This document shows, one piece after another, positions 29,675 to 38,430 of a stretch of 64,000 nucleotides of DNA. The stretch lies in contig JANQQV010000006.1 of NCBI GenBank assembly GCA_028284865.1, forward strand, positions 207,775 through 271,774, given 5' to 3'. A program made the translations under genes and the position numbers. Source of the DNA: Rhodothermales bacterium (GTDB lineage: Bacteria; Bacteroidota; Rhodothermia; Rhodothermales; UBA10348). Below the pieces are notes generated by a model. It did no database searches and was not told the DNA's origin. It saw only the letters and a program-made list of their open reading frames with translations. The first letter of the stretch is position 1. The number at the start of each line of letters is the position of its first letter.

Positions 29675-31219
29675 TTACCGGCTTCTCAGGTCGATTTTGT
29701 TGGAGATCTCTTCGATGATCTCGGCAAACTTCGGATCGGTGTCCATCTGGTTCTCCACGCTCATGTTGGCGTGGATCACAGTGGAATGGTCGCGCCCACC
29801 GAAATGGAGCCCGATAGTCTTCAAGGAGTGCTGCGTGAGGCGCTTGCAGAAGTACATGGCCACCTGACGCGCCTGCACGACCTCGCGCTTGCGGGTCTTG
29901 GCTCGGACCAGGTCCTCTTCAATACCGAAATACTCACACACGAGCCGTTGAATCTGCTCGATGGTCAGCGTGACGCGGGTATCTGTTATCAGATCGCGCA
30001 GGACATCCTTTGCCAGCGAAAGATCGACCTCGCGCTTGTGCAGCGTGCCGTGCGCCAGAAGTCGGATCAAGGCGCCTTCGAGCTCGCGAATGTTCGACTT
30101 GATGTTGTGTGCGATGAACTCAAAAATGTCATCGGAGATATCGATCCCATCCTCGACCGCCTTGCGGCGAAGGATCGCCATCCGGGTTTCGAAGTCGGGC
30201 GGCTGCAAGTCCGCAGAGAGGCCCCACTGGAATCGGGAGAGCAATCGCTCTTCGATTCCTTTGATGTCGCGTGGCGGGCGATCGGCCGAAAGCACGATCT
30301 GCTTGCCGCTCTGGTGGAGCGCATTGAAGATGTGGAAGAACTCTTCCTGTGTCTTCTCTTTGCCACTGAAGAATTGGACGTCGTCGATGACCAGCAGGTC
30401 GATCTGGCGATAGAACAGCGAGAAGTCGCTTACCCGGTTGTTCTGGATAGCCTGGACGAACTCATTGGTGAAGCGCTCACTCGAAACATACAGGACCGAT
30501 GCATCCGGTCGATTGGCCAGCAAGTAGTTGCCGATGGCCTGGATCAGGTGGGTCTTGCCGAGTCCAACGCCTCCATAAAGCAGGAATGGATTGAAGCTCG
30601 TGCCGCCGGGCTGCTGGGAGATGGCAAGTGAGGCGGAGCGGGCCAGGCGATTGCAATCGCCTTCGATGAAGCGATCGAAGGTGTAATTCGGATTCAGATG
30701 TGACTCGACCTGGACCTTCTGGATACCTGGAATCACAAAAGGATTCGAGATCCCCGCATGGTTGGTGGCCGCGGGCTGGGCGACGAAACCACCTGCGACG
30801 GCATGACCGTTTCCGAAACCGGTTCGTGAAAATCCGGAGCTGGCAGGGGACTGGGCACTGCGACCGGCGGCCGGTGTCGGTTGGGGTTCATTGGCCGGCT
30901 GGCGAGCGGGCAACTTCATCACCGTACCGTCGAATCCGCTCTCCTCATCGTCCTGTTCAATCACGACGTCGTAAAAAAGTCGGCCGTTCGGACCGAGTAC
31001 GTTCGTGATCGTCTTTCGCAGCAGTCCGAAATAGTGCTCTTCCAGCCACTCGAAGTAGAATCGGCTCGGGAGCTGAACCGTCAATTTGACCGTCTCGCCG
31101 TCCTCTTCCAGGCGCAGTGCCTTAAGGGGAGAAAACCACGTGCGAAAGCTCTGCCCACTGACATTGTCTCGAATGATTTCGAGGCACTCTTTCCAGACCG
31201 ATTCGGCTGTCTGTGTCAT
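29675..31219 (-). CDS. dnaA: Chromosomal replication initiator DnaA
   Basis: 514 aa. Walker A GGVGLGKTHL, box VII SADRPP, and the C-terminal DNA-binding signature IGLHFGGRDHSTVIHA. Confidence 0.97.
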   Translation of the reverse strand: MTQTAESVWKECLEIIRDNVSGQSFRTWFSPLKALRLEEDGETVKLTVQLPSRFYFEWLEEHYFGLLRKTITNVLGPNGRLFYDVVIEQDDEESGFDGTVMKLPARQPANEPQPTPAAGRSAQSPASSGFSRTGFGNGHAVAGGFVAQPAATNHAGISNPFVIPGIQKVQVESHLNPNYTFDRFIEGDCNRLARSASLAISQQPGGTSFNPFLLYGGVGLGKTHLIQAIGNYLLANRPDASVLYVSSERFTNEFVQAIQNNRVSDFSLFYRQIDLLVIDDVQFFSGKEKTQEEFFHIFNALHQSGKQIVLSADRPPRDIKGIEERLLSRFQWGLSADLQPPDFETRMAILRRKAVEDGIDISDDIFEFIAHNIKSNIRELEGALIRLLAHGTLHKREVDLSLAKDVLRDLITDTRVTLTIEQIQRLVCEYFGIEEDLVRAKTRKREVVQARQVAMYFCKRLTQHSLKTIGLHFGGRDHSTVIHANMSVENQMDTDPKFAEIIEEISNKIDLRSR

Positions 31220-31954
31220 GCGGGTTCAGGAGAAAGGGCGATTCCGAGGTCAGGCGGCGTTTTCGCCGGGCGAAAGGGCGGTTATGAACGGGTTTTTCAC
31301 ATCTTGACAAGGACGTCGCAGACGGGGTGTTGGGTCGCCACCAACTTGACCCAGAACCCAGCTGCTGCATCGCATTGCGAGGCCGGCTATGCCTAAGATG
31401 TTGTTATGTATCGACTTGTGGTCCGTGATGTGCGCACAAAATATCCAGAGACAGAAAAGGCTCCGGTCGCATTGAGCGAGATCAGAGCCCCGGCCGCCGA
31501 CTGGCTGGAGTAATACACATGTTGTCCACAACTGAACACGGTAGATCCGGGGACGGGGAAATACTGTCGTGAGGGGCCAAAAAAGCGGCACTGGACGAAG
31601 CCTGATGCCTTTATCGGCGAGGGTGGGATGACAGCGTCTCGATTTACCCGAAAGACCGGCTTCGATGGTAACGATCGACCCTGCAAGATTCAAGGACGAA
31701 GCGGGGGATTTCACAGAAGGATCAGGCGCCAGGGAGCGTTCCTGCCTCCACCACGCCGGTCATGTCGAACACCGCTTTTAGTCAGTCATTTCGAGCACGC
31801 CGCTTCGGCCGTCCTTCACACGCTTTTCGGCAATTTCGGGCCGGTCAAATCATTGCGTTGAGTCGGGTTAGGGCCGTATCTTAACCAGTCTGTATCCGAA
31901 TCTGAATCGGCGCAGACTTTGACATCAGACTGAGAGCATCACTCGCGAGCCGCC
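31220..31954. other. Candidate chromosomal replication origin (oriC) region
   Basis: 735-bp gene-free gap directly upstream of dnaA. Gene orientation flips here: mostly minus to the left, then 21 consecutive plus-strand genes to the right. One near-consensus DnaA box TTGTCCACA (31522-31530) plus weaker ATATCCAGA (31441-31449) and TTTTTCACA, and locally AT-richer stretches (about 31393-31540). The box evidence alone is weak. Confidence 0.4.
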
Positions 31955-32452
31955 ATGGTCTCTATCGACATTCGTTCCCTCAAGGAAGGATTCCAGGAGC
32001 TGGAATTCACGCCAACGGCTGAGGAGCTGGGTGTTGAGAATCCTGCATTCCGGGATATTCGAACAGAGATCCAGGTGACCGTGGATGGTGAGCAGATTGT
32101 AGTCAGGGTCTACGCAGAGGCCATTGCACGGTTGACGTGTGACAGGACTCTTGAGGACTTCGACAAGCGGATCAAGGGCATCTACACGGTGGTCTTTATG
32201 CCGGAGTCGGACATAGATGACGATGCAAAGGGCGATGGCATCCAACCGCTTCCGGGCAAACGTGATGACCTCGACCTGACTGACATAGTGAGGGATACGC
32301 TCATGCTTGCCGTGCCCATTCGCAAGATTGCGCCCGGTGCCGAGGAAATGGACATTCCCACCAGCTTCGGAGAGTCTTCCGAGTCGGATATCGATCCGCG
32401 ATGGAAGGAGCTCGAGAAACTGCGTTCATCTTCGGAAGAGTCTCCCGAGTAA
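31955..32452 (+). CDS. yceD: YceD/DUF177-family protein (ribosome-associated, usually precedes rpmF)
   Basis: 165 aa, acidic. It has the conserved position immediately upstream of rpmF-plsX. Confidence 0.85.
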   Translation: MVSIDIRSLKEGFQELEFTPTAEELGVENPAFRDIRTEIQVTVDGEQIVVRVYAEAIARLTCDRTLEDFDKRIKGIYTVVFMPESDIDDDAKGDGIQPLPGKRDDLDLTDIVRDTLMLAVPIRKIAPGAEEMDIPTSFGESSESDIDPRWKELEKLRSSSEESPE

Positions 32453-32495
32453 CCCAAGCCCCGAGTAACGAACTCGATATCGTACAGGTAGCATC

Positions 32496-32687
32496 ATGGC
32501 TAACCCTAGACGTAAACATTCGAAAGCCCGCACGCGCCAGCGCCGTTCGGTGTACTACAACCGCCTCAGCGCGCCCACGACGATGGAGTGCCCGAATTGC
32601 GGCGAAACGAAGCTGATGCACCGCGCATGCCCAACGTGTGGCTACTACCGTGGTCGCGCTGTGGTAGATCGCGAGAACGCGGGCTAG
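32496..32687 (+). CDS. rpmF: 50S ribosomal protein L32
   Basis: 63 aa. MANPRRKHSKARTRQRRS and a Cys4 knuckle CPNCG...CPTCG. Confidence 0.95.
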   Translation: MANPRRKHSKARTRQRRSVYYNRLSAPTTMECPNCGETKLMHRACPTCGYYRGRAVVDRENAG

Positions 32688-32870
32688 CCCGCTACGGGAG
32701 GGCACGGCCGAAAAGGGCAGAGCTCGTGCTTTGCAATTGTTGACCAGACGATAATCAGTCTGCGAACACCCTTCGGTCGAAGTCTGCACCTCCCATTGTA
32801 TCTTCTGTGCCAGGAGAGCCCGCTCTCCTGACTCCGCACACGTACCCGCGAACGAAGCCCCCTATTCCGT

Positions 32871-33875
32871 ATGCCTACCCGAATCGCCGTCGATGCCATG
32901 GGTGGAGACGATGCCCCACAGGTAGTCGTCGATGGAGCCGCGATGGCTCTGGCAGCGGAAGATCGGGACCTGGCATTGCTCCTGACGGGGCCGCGGGACG
33001 TGGTGGCTCCTCTGGTTGAGGAGCTGGACGAAGCCTACAAGGCGCGCATTACCGTTGTCGATGCTCCGGATGTCATCGGAATGGATGAATCCCCGGCAAC
33101 GGCCATCAAGACCAAGCAGAAGTCATCCATTCATATCGGAATGGGACTCTGCAAAGCCGGTCAGGCAGACGGATTCGTTTCTGCTGGTAACACCGGCGCG
33201 GTCATGGCTGGCGGCCTCTTTATCCTTGGTCGCCTCCCCGGAATCTCCCGACCCAGTGTCATTGGTTATTTCCCCACGCTGAAAGGCACCTGCATCCTGC
33301 TGGATGTGGGCACCAATGTGGATTGCAAGGCCGAACACCTGGTACAGTTTGCCAGAATGGGCGCCATTTACGCGGAGGAAGTTCTCGGAGTGGAAACCGC
33401 TTCGGTGGGTCTTCTCAACGTTGGCGAAGAGCCTGGCAAAGGAGACGAGCTGGCAAAAGAGGCCTTCGCAGCACTGAGTGAATCAGACGGTATCTCGTTT
33501 GTAGGCAATGTGGAAGGGCGCGATGTCATGGCACATGCGGCCGACGTGATTGTCTGTGACGGTTTCACGGGTAACGTCCTGCTGAAATTCGGCGAGAGCG
33601 TGGCCGGAATCCTGCCCAAGATGATCGGCGCTGAAATGATGCGGCTTGCCATGCCAGCTGAAGAGCAGGCTATCGTCGGCAAAGCCCTTCAGGGCGTTCG
33701 CGCCCGTTTCGACTACAAGGAATTCGGCGGTATGCCCCTGCTGGGTGTAGACGGCTCGGTGCTTATCGGCCACGGCGGCTCGGACGCCACGGCCATCAAA
33801 AACATGATCCTCGCCGCCGACACGATGATTTCCCACAAGGTATCAGAGCGAATCGCCGCATCTGTGAGCCCGTGA
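32871..33875 (+). CDS. plsX: Phosphate acyltransferase PlsX
   Basis: 334 aa. RIAVDAMGGDDAP N-terminus and PlsX-typical blocks. Confidence 0.95.
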   Translation: MPTRIAVDAMGGDDAPQVVVDGAAMALAAEDRDLALLLTGPRDVVAPLVEELDEAYKARITVVDAPDVIGMDESPATAIKTKQKSSIHIGMGLCKAGQADGFVSAGNTGAVMAGGLFILGRLPGISRPSVIGYFPTLKGTCILLDVGTNVDCKAEHLVQFARMGAIYAEEVLGVETASVGLLNVGEEPGKGDELAKEAFAALSESDGISFVGNVEGRDVMAHAADVIVCDGFTGNVLLKFGESVAGILPKMIGAEMMRLAMPAEEQAIVGKALQGVRARFDYKEFGGMPLLGVDGSVLIGHGGSDATAIKNMILAADTMISHKVSERIAASVSP

Positions 33876-33965
33876 TGTGACGCTGTTGCGCATTGCGGTC
33901 TGCCCGGCAACGGTCTGCTGCTGGATCTGACCCGAACCCCAGGACGACACACACCCGCACCCCCC

Positions 33966-34970
33966 ATGGAACAACGACGTGCCGCGATTACGGCTGTAGG
34001 GCACTACCTGCCCGAAGACCGATTGACGAATGCCGACCTGGAGAAGATGGTCGACACGTCTGACGAGTGGATCCGGACCCGAACCGGCATCAGCGAGCGC
34101 AGAATCCTGAAGGATCCCGAGAAGGCGACCTCCTACATGGCCGCCAATGCCGCCAAGGAGCTGCTCGAAAAACGTAATCTGGACCCCGCGGAAATCGATC
34201 TGGTCATTGTGGCCACGGTCACGCCAGACATGTTCTTCCCCGCCACGGCCTGTCTGGTTGCCGCCGAGATCGGCGCCGTCAATGCGTGGGGTTATGACAT
34301 TTCCGCTGCCTGCTCAGGCTTTCTGTTTGCTCTCTCGACGGGCGCTCGATTCATCGAATCAGGCAAGCACAAGAAGGTGCTGGTCATTGGCGCCGACAAA
34401 ATGAGCTCGATCGTCGACTACACCGATCGCACGACGTGTGTGCTGTTCGGCGACGGTGCGGCCTGCGCGTTGCTCGAGCCCGACACGGACGGCTATGGAG
34501 TGATGGACTCGATCGAGCACACCGATGGCAGCCAGTGGTCATTCCTCTGCATGTTGGGCGGCGGAAGCCTCAACCCACCGTCCCCGGTGACCATCGAAAA
34601 GAAATGGCACTTCCTCCATCAGGAAGGCGCGCCTGTGTTCAAGGCGGCAGTCAAAGGAATGGCGGATGTCGCGGCCGACCTGGTCGAGAAGAACGGCCTT
34701 TCGGGCGATGACATCCGATTCCTCGTGCCGCATCAGGCCAACCTTCGCATCATCGACGCCACGGCGCGCCGGATGGGCATCACGATGGAGAAGGTGATGC
34801 TCAACATCGAGCGCTACGGCAACACGACGGCAGCGACGATTCCGCTCTGTCTCTCGGACTGGGAGCCGCAGCTTCGAAAAGGCGACAATCTCGTGCTGGC
34901 CGCTTTCGGGGGTGGTTTTACATGGGGCGCATCGTGGGTCAAATGGGCTTATGATGGCTCAAGTGACTGA
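33966..34970 (+). CDS. fabH: 3-oxoacyl-ACP synthase III
   Basis: 334 aa. Active-site Cys (AACSGF), HQAN and GNTTAATIP motifs. Confidence 0.95.
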   Translation: MEQRRAAITAVGHYLPEDRLTNADLEKMVDTSDEWIRTRTGISERRILKDPEKATSYMAANAAKELLEKRNLDPAEIDLVIVATVTPDMFFPATACLVAAEIGAVNAWGYDISAACSGFLFALSTGARFIESGKHKKVLVIGADKMSSIVDYTDRTTCVLFGDGAACALLEPDTDGYGVMDSIEHTDGSQWSFLCMLGGGSLNPPSPVTIEKKWHFLHQEGAPVFKAAVKGMADVAADLVEKNGLSGDDIRFLVPHQANLRIIDATARRMGITMEKVMLNIERYGNTTAATIPLCLSDWEPQLRKGDNLVLAAFGGGFTWGASWVKWAYDGSSD

Positions 34971-35055
34971 TTCCGGGCGAGGAATTGATCCCATGGGTGT
35001 TGGCCCCGTTGCTTGACCCCAATGGTTTGATTGCATAGCTGAACCAGATGACATC

Positions 35056-35994
35056 ATGAACGCATTCGTATTTCCAGGACAGGGATCCCAGTTCGTCGGT
35101 ATGGCGAAGGATCTCTATGACGAAAATGACGCGGCCCGCAGTGTCCTCGAGCGCGCCAACACGGTTCTCGACATGGACCTGACTGGCATCATGTTCGGCT
35201 CAGGGGACGAAGCACGAGCCGACGAGGACAAGCATCGCCTGACCCAAACGGAGAACACGCAGCCGGCACTTTTCGCGCATTCCATGGCTGTCATGTCGGC
35301 CTTGCCGTCATCGGCATCCACGCCAGCGATGGTGGCTGGCCACAGTCTTGGTGAGTACAGCGCCCTGGCCGCAGCGGGAGCGATTTCCTTCGAGGAAGGA
35401 CTGCGCATCGTTCGATTGCGTGGCGAGCTGATGGCCAAAGCCGGCGACATCCGCCCAGGTGCCATGGCGGCCATCCTTGGCATGGAAGATGCTGACGTGG
35501 AAGCACTGTGCTCCGAGGCCAGTGGCGATCAGATCGTTCAGCCAGCCAACTTCAATTCGCCTGGACAGATTGTTATTTCTGGCGATGTGGAAGCCGTCGA
35601 TCGAGCCGTAGAGCTGGCTCAGGATCGCGGTGCCCGCCGCGCATTGAAACTGCCCGTCTCTGGCGCCTTTCATTCACCGCTGATGGATTTTGCCCGGGAA
35701 GGTCTGGCTGAAGGCTTGGCGGCCCTGGATGTTCGCAAACCATCCTGCCCCGTCTACTTGAATGTGACGGCCGCACCCAGCACGGACCCCGCTGAAATTC
35801 GCCAGCGGCTCGTCGAGCAGCTCACCGCGCCTGTGCGCTGGGCCCAAGGACTCGCTGCCATGCAACGGGACGGAGCGTCCAAGTTTGTAGAAATCGGAGC
35901 TGGCAAGGTGCTTTCCGGTCTTGTAAAACGGTCACTTGGTCGCGATGTGGAAACCATGGCCTTCTCTTCGGTTGCCGACCTTTCGCAGGTCTGA
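35056..35994 (+). CDS. fabD: Malonyl-CoA:ACP transacylase
   Basis: 312 aa. FPGQGSQ and GHSLGEYSAL motifs. Confidence 0.95.
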   Translation: MNAFVFPGQGSQFVGMAKDLYDENDAARSVLERANTVLDMDLTGIMFGSGDEARADEDKHRLTQTENTQPALFAHSMAVMSALPSSASTPAMVAGHSLGEYSALAAAGAISFEEGLRIVRLRGELMAKAGDIRPGAMAAILGMEDADVEALCSEASGDQIVQPANFNSPGQIVISGDVEAVDRAVELAQDRGARRALKLPVSGAFHSPLMDFAREGLAEGLAALDVRKPSCPVYLNVTAAPSTDPAEIRQRLVEQLTAPVRWAQGLAAMQRDGASKFVEIGAGKVLSGLVKRSLGRDVETMAFSSVADLSQV

Positions 35995-36050
35995 ATGCCG
36001 CCGATCACCGCCCAATACCTTTTCATCCCATCCAATCTGAATCCATCGTC

Positions 36051-36800
36051 ATGAGCACTCGATTCAACGACAAGAATGTCCTCGTCACGGGCGGTACCCG
36101 TGGCATTGGTCGTGCCATTGTGGAGCGTTTTGCTGCCGAAGGCGCTAACGTGGCCTTCACGTATCGCAGCTCTTCGGAAGAAGCGGATGCACTGGTAAAG
36201 CAGCTCGAAGCAGATGGTCATTCGGCAAAGGCCTTCCAGGCCGACGCGTCGGATTTCTCGGCTGCCGAATCGGCTGTGAACGAGGTCATCAGTGAGTGGG
36301 GATCGATCGATGTGATCGTGAACAACGCAGGCGTCACGCGCGACAATCTGATGCTGCGCATGAGTGAAGACGACTTCGACGCTGTGGTGGGGACGAACCT
36401 CAAGAGCGTGTTCAACTACTCGAAAGCCGCTTATCGCCAAATGATGCGTCAGCGTGGCGGACGTATCGTGAACCTCTCGTCCGTCGTTGGCGTGATGGGC
36501 AATGCCGGCCAGACCAACTACGCCGCATCGAAAGCTGGAATCATTGGATTCTCGAAGAGCCTCGCCAAAGAGCTCGGTGCGCGCGGCGTGACAGTGAACG
36601 TCGTGGCCCCCGGCTATGTCGAAACCGACATGACCAGCTCCCTGCCCGAAGCGGCTCGCGAAGCCATGCTTGGCTCCGTGCCCGCTGGTCGCCCAGCGAA
36701 TCCGGATGACATTGCGGCCGCCGTGCTTTTCCTCGCCTCCGATGAGGCCTCGTATATTACCGGCCACGTCCTGCACGTGGATGGCGGGCTGGCCATGTAG
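36051..36800 (+). CDS. fabG: 3-oxoacyl-ACP reductase
   Basis: 249 aa. TGGTRGIGRAI, NNAG and YAASKAG (SDR catalytic YxxxK). Confidence 0.95.
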   Translation: MSTRFNDKNVLVTGGTRGIGRAIVERFAAEGANVAFTYRSSSEEADALVKQLEADGHSAKAFQADASDFSAAESAVNEVISEWGSIDVIVNNAGVTRDNLMLRMSEDDFDAVVGTNLKSVFNYSKAAYRQMMRQRGGRIVNLSSVVGVMGNAGQTNYAASKAGIIGFSKSLAKELGARGVTVNVVAPGYVETDMTSSLPEAAREAMLGSVPAGRPANPDDIAAAVLFLASDEASYITGHVLHVDGGLAM

Positions 36801-36833
36801 GCCCCGCTACTGAATCTGATCCACACACATTGT

Positions 36834-38366
36834 ATGTCTGAAGGCCCCAGAAGGAGCTACATCACCGGAATCGATCTGACCTCGCGCGCGCAAGCGGAGC
36901 GAGCAGAGGCCCACACCAAGAAATCGTTTACCGAGCCTGACCCTCCGCTACCAGCAGCAACGGTTGACACGTTGCCCGACAAGGTGCGCGAGGCCGTCCG
37001 CTCCATCGGCTGGACCAAGTTGATGCCGGTCCAGGAAAAGGCCGTTCCGTACCTGCTTGAAGGACGGGACATGATTGTCCAGTCACGGACGGGATCCGGT
37101 AAAACCGGAGGCTTCCTGCTGCCGCTGTTCAATCTGCTTGATGAGGATCTGATGGCCGCGCAGGCGCTGGTGCTTTCGCCGACGCGCGAACTGGCCCGGC
37201 AGATCCATGAGGAGTTTGACAAGCTGCGTGGAGACCACCCGTTTTCGAGTGTGGTCATCTACGGTGGGGTCAAATACGAGCCCCAGATCCGCGCCCTGAA
37301 GAACGGAGCGCAGGTCATCATCGGTACGCCTGGTCGCATCCTGGACCATATTCAGCAGGGCCGATTGGTGCTGGATGATCTCAAGATGCTCGTTTTCGAC
37401 GAGGCCGATGAGATGCTCTCGATGGGTTTCTATCCGGACATGCTCAAGCTGGAGCGCTACTTGCCGCGCGATCGTCAGTCGTGCATGTTCAGCGCGACGA
37501 TGCCGAAGCGGGTTCGCTACCTGTCCAAGAAATTTCTGGATGATCCCGGTTTCCTGTCACTGAGCAGTGGAAACGTGAGTGTCGATGCCATTGAGCACCG
37601 CTACTACCGGGTCGATCGCATGGCCAAGGATCGCATACTGGCCCGTCTGATCGAAATGGAGAATCCGGACTCGGCCATCATCTTCGCCAATACCAAGCGG
37701 GATGTGGAGTACCTAGGCCAGTTCCTCCAGAATTTCGGCTACGACGCTGACAGCATCTCGGGCGACCTCTCCCAGCGGGCGCGCGAGAAGGTGATGAAGA
37801 AGATTCGCGATGGTCGACTCCGCTTCCTGGTTGCCACGGACGTGGCGGCCCGCGGCATCGACATCACCGATCTGAGTCACGTGATCCAGTATGACATTCC
37901 CCAGGACCCAGAGTACTATGTACACCGGGCCGGGCGGACAGCGCGTGCCGGCAAGACCGGGACGGCCATCACGCTGATCACGATTGAAGAACAACGTAAC
38001 CTGCTGGCGCTCGGTCAGCGCTATTCGATTCCCATGACGCAACACGATGTGCCCGATGAAAAAGACGTTGAACAACGCGTAACGGAGCGATTGACGGTCG
38101 TCCTGGAATCCGCCTTCCGCGACAAATCGAATATGGAAAAGGAGCGCCTCCAGCGCTTCAAAGGATTGGTCAGCGAGCTGGCCAATGAAGAACCTGAGCT
38201 GCTGGCCATGCTGCTGGACAATCTCTATCACGAGACCCTGCATAAGGTGCAGCAGGTCGATGACGTGTCCGATGCTTCGGACGATGCGCATCACCACGAC
38301 GGAGATGGCTCCAGACCTCGACGCAATAAGGGAGGTCGGGGACGCAACCACAATCGCCGTAGGTAA
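36834..38366 (+). CDS. DEAD-box ATP-dependent RNA helicase with a basic RG-rich tail
   Basis: 510 aa. Motif I SRTGSGKT, then DEAD, SAT and HRAGRTARAG. C-terminal tail is RPRRNKGGRGRNHNRRR. Confidence 0.92.
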   Translation: MSEGPRRSYITGIDLTSRAQAERAEAHTKKSFTEPDPPLPAATVDTLPDKVREAVRSIGWTKLMPVQEKAVPYLLEGRDMIVQSRTGSGKTGGFLLPLFNLLDEDLMAAQALVLSPTRELARQIHEEFDKLRGDHPFSSVVIYGGVKYEPQIRALKNGAQVIIGTPGRILDHIQQGRLVLDDLKMLVFDEADEMLSMGFYPDMLKLERYLPRDRQSCMFSATMPKRVRYLSKKFLDDPGFLSLSSGNVSVDAIEHRYYRVDRMAKDRILARLIEMENPDSAIIFANTKRDVEYLGQFLQNFGYDADSISGDLSQRAREKVMKKIRDGRLRFLVATDVAARGIDITDLSHVIQYDIPQDPEYYVHRAGRTARAGKTGTAITLITIEEQRNLLALGQRYSIPMTQHDVPDEKDVEQRVTERLTVVLESAFRDKSNMEKERLQRFKGLVSELANEEPELLAMLLDNLYHETLHKVQQVDDVSDASDDAHHHDGDGSRPRRNKGGRGRNHNRRR

Positions 38367-38430
38367 TTGCCCCGTCCGACAGCGGGCAGGTGCATCCTAC
38401 ATTACCGGACTTCAACCAACCACCGGAATC

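Noticed and set aside
31250-31714. 154-aa and 97-aa minus-strand ORFs, and the idea of a tmRNA, RNase P or SRP RNA gene, in the dnaA upstream gap
   Set aside because: The ORFs have junk-like composition (Arg/Pro/Ser/Cys-rich). I found no GAGGAAAGUCC (RNase P), no GGGG...UUCGAC plus a tRNA-like 3' end (tmRNA), and no GGAAGCAGCC SRP core in either strand.
35754-36776. 340-aa minus-strand ORF
   Set aside because: It is antisense to fabG and the end of fabD, both unambiguous. It is a shadow ORF.
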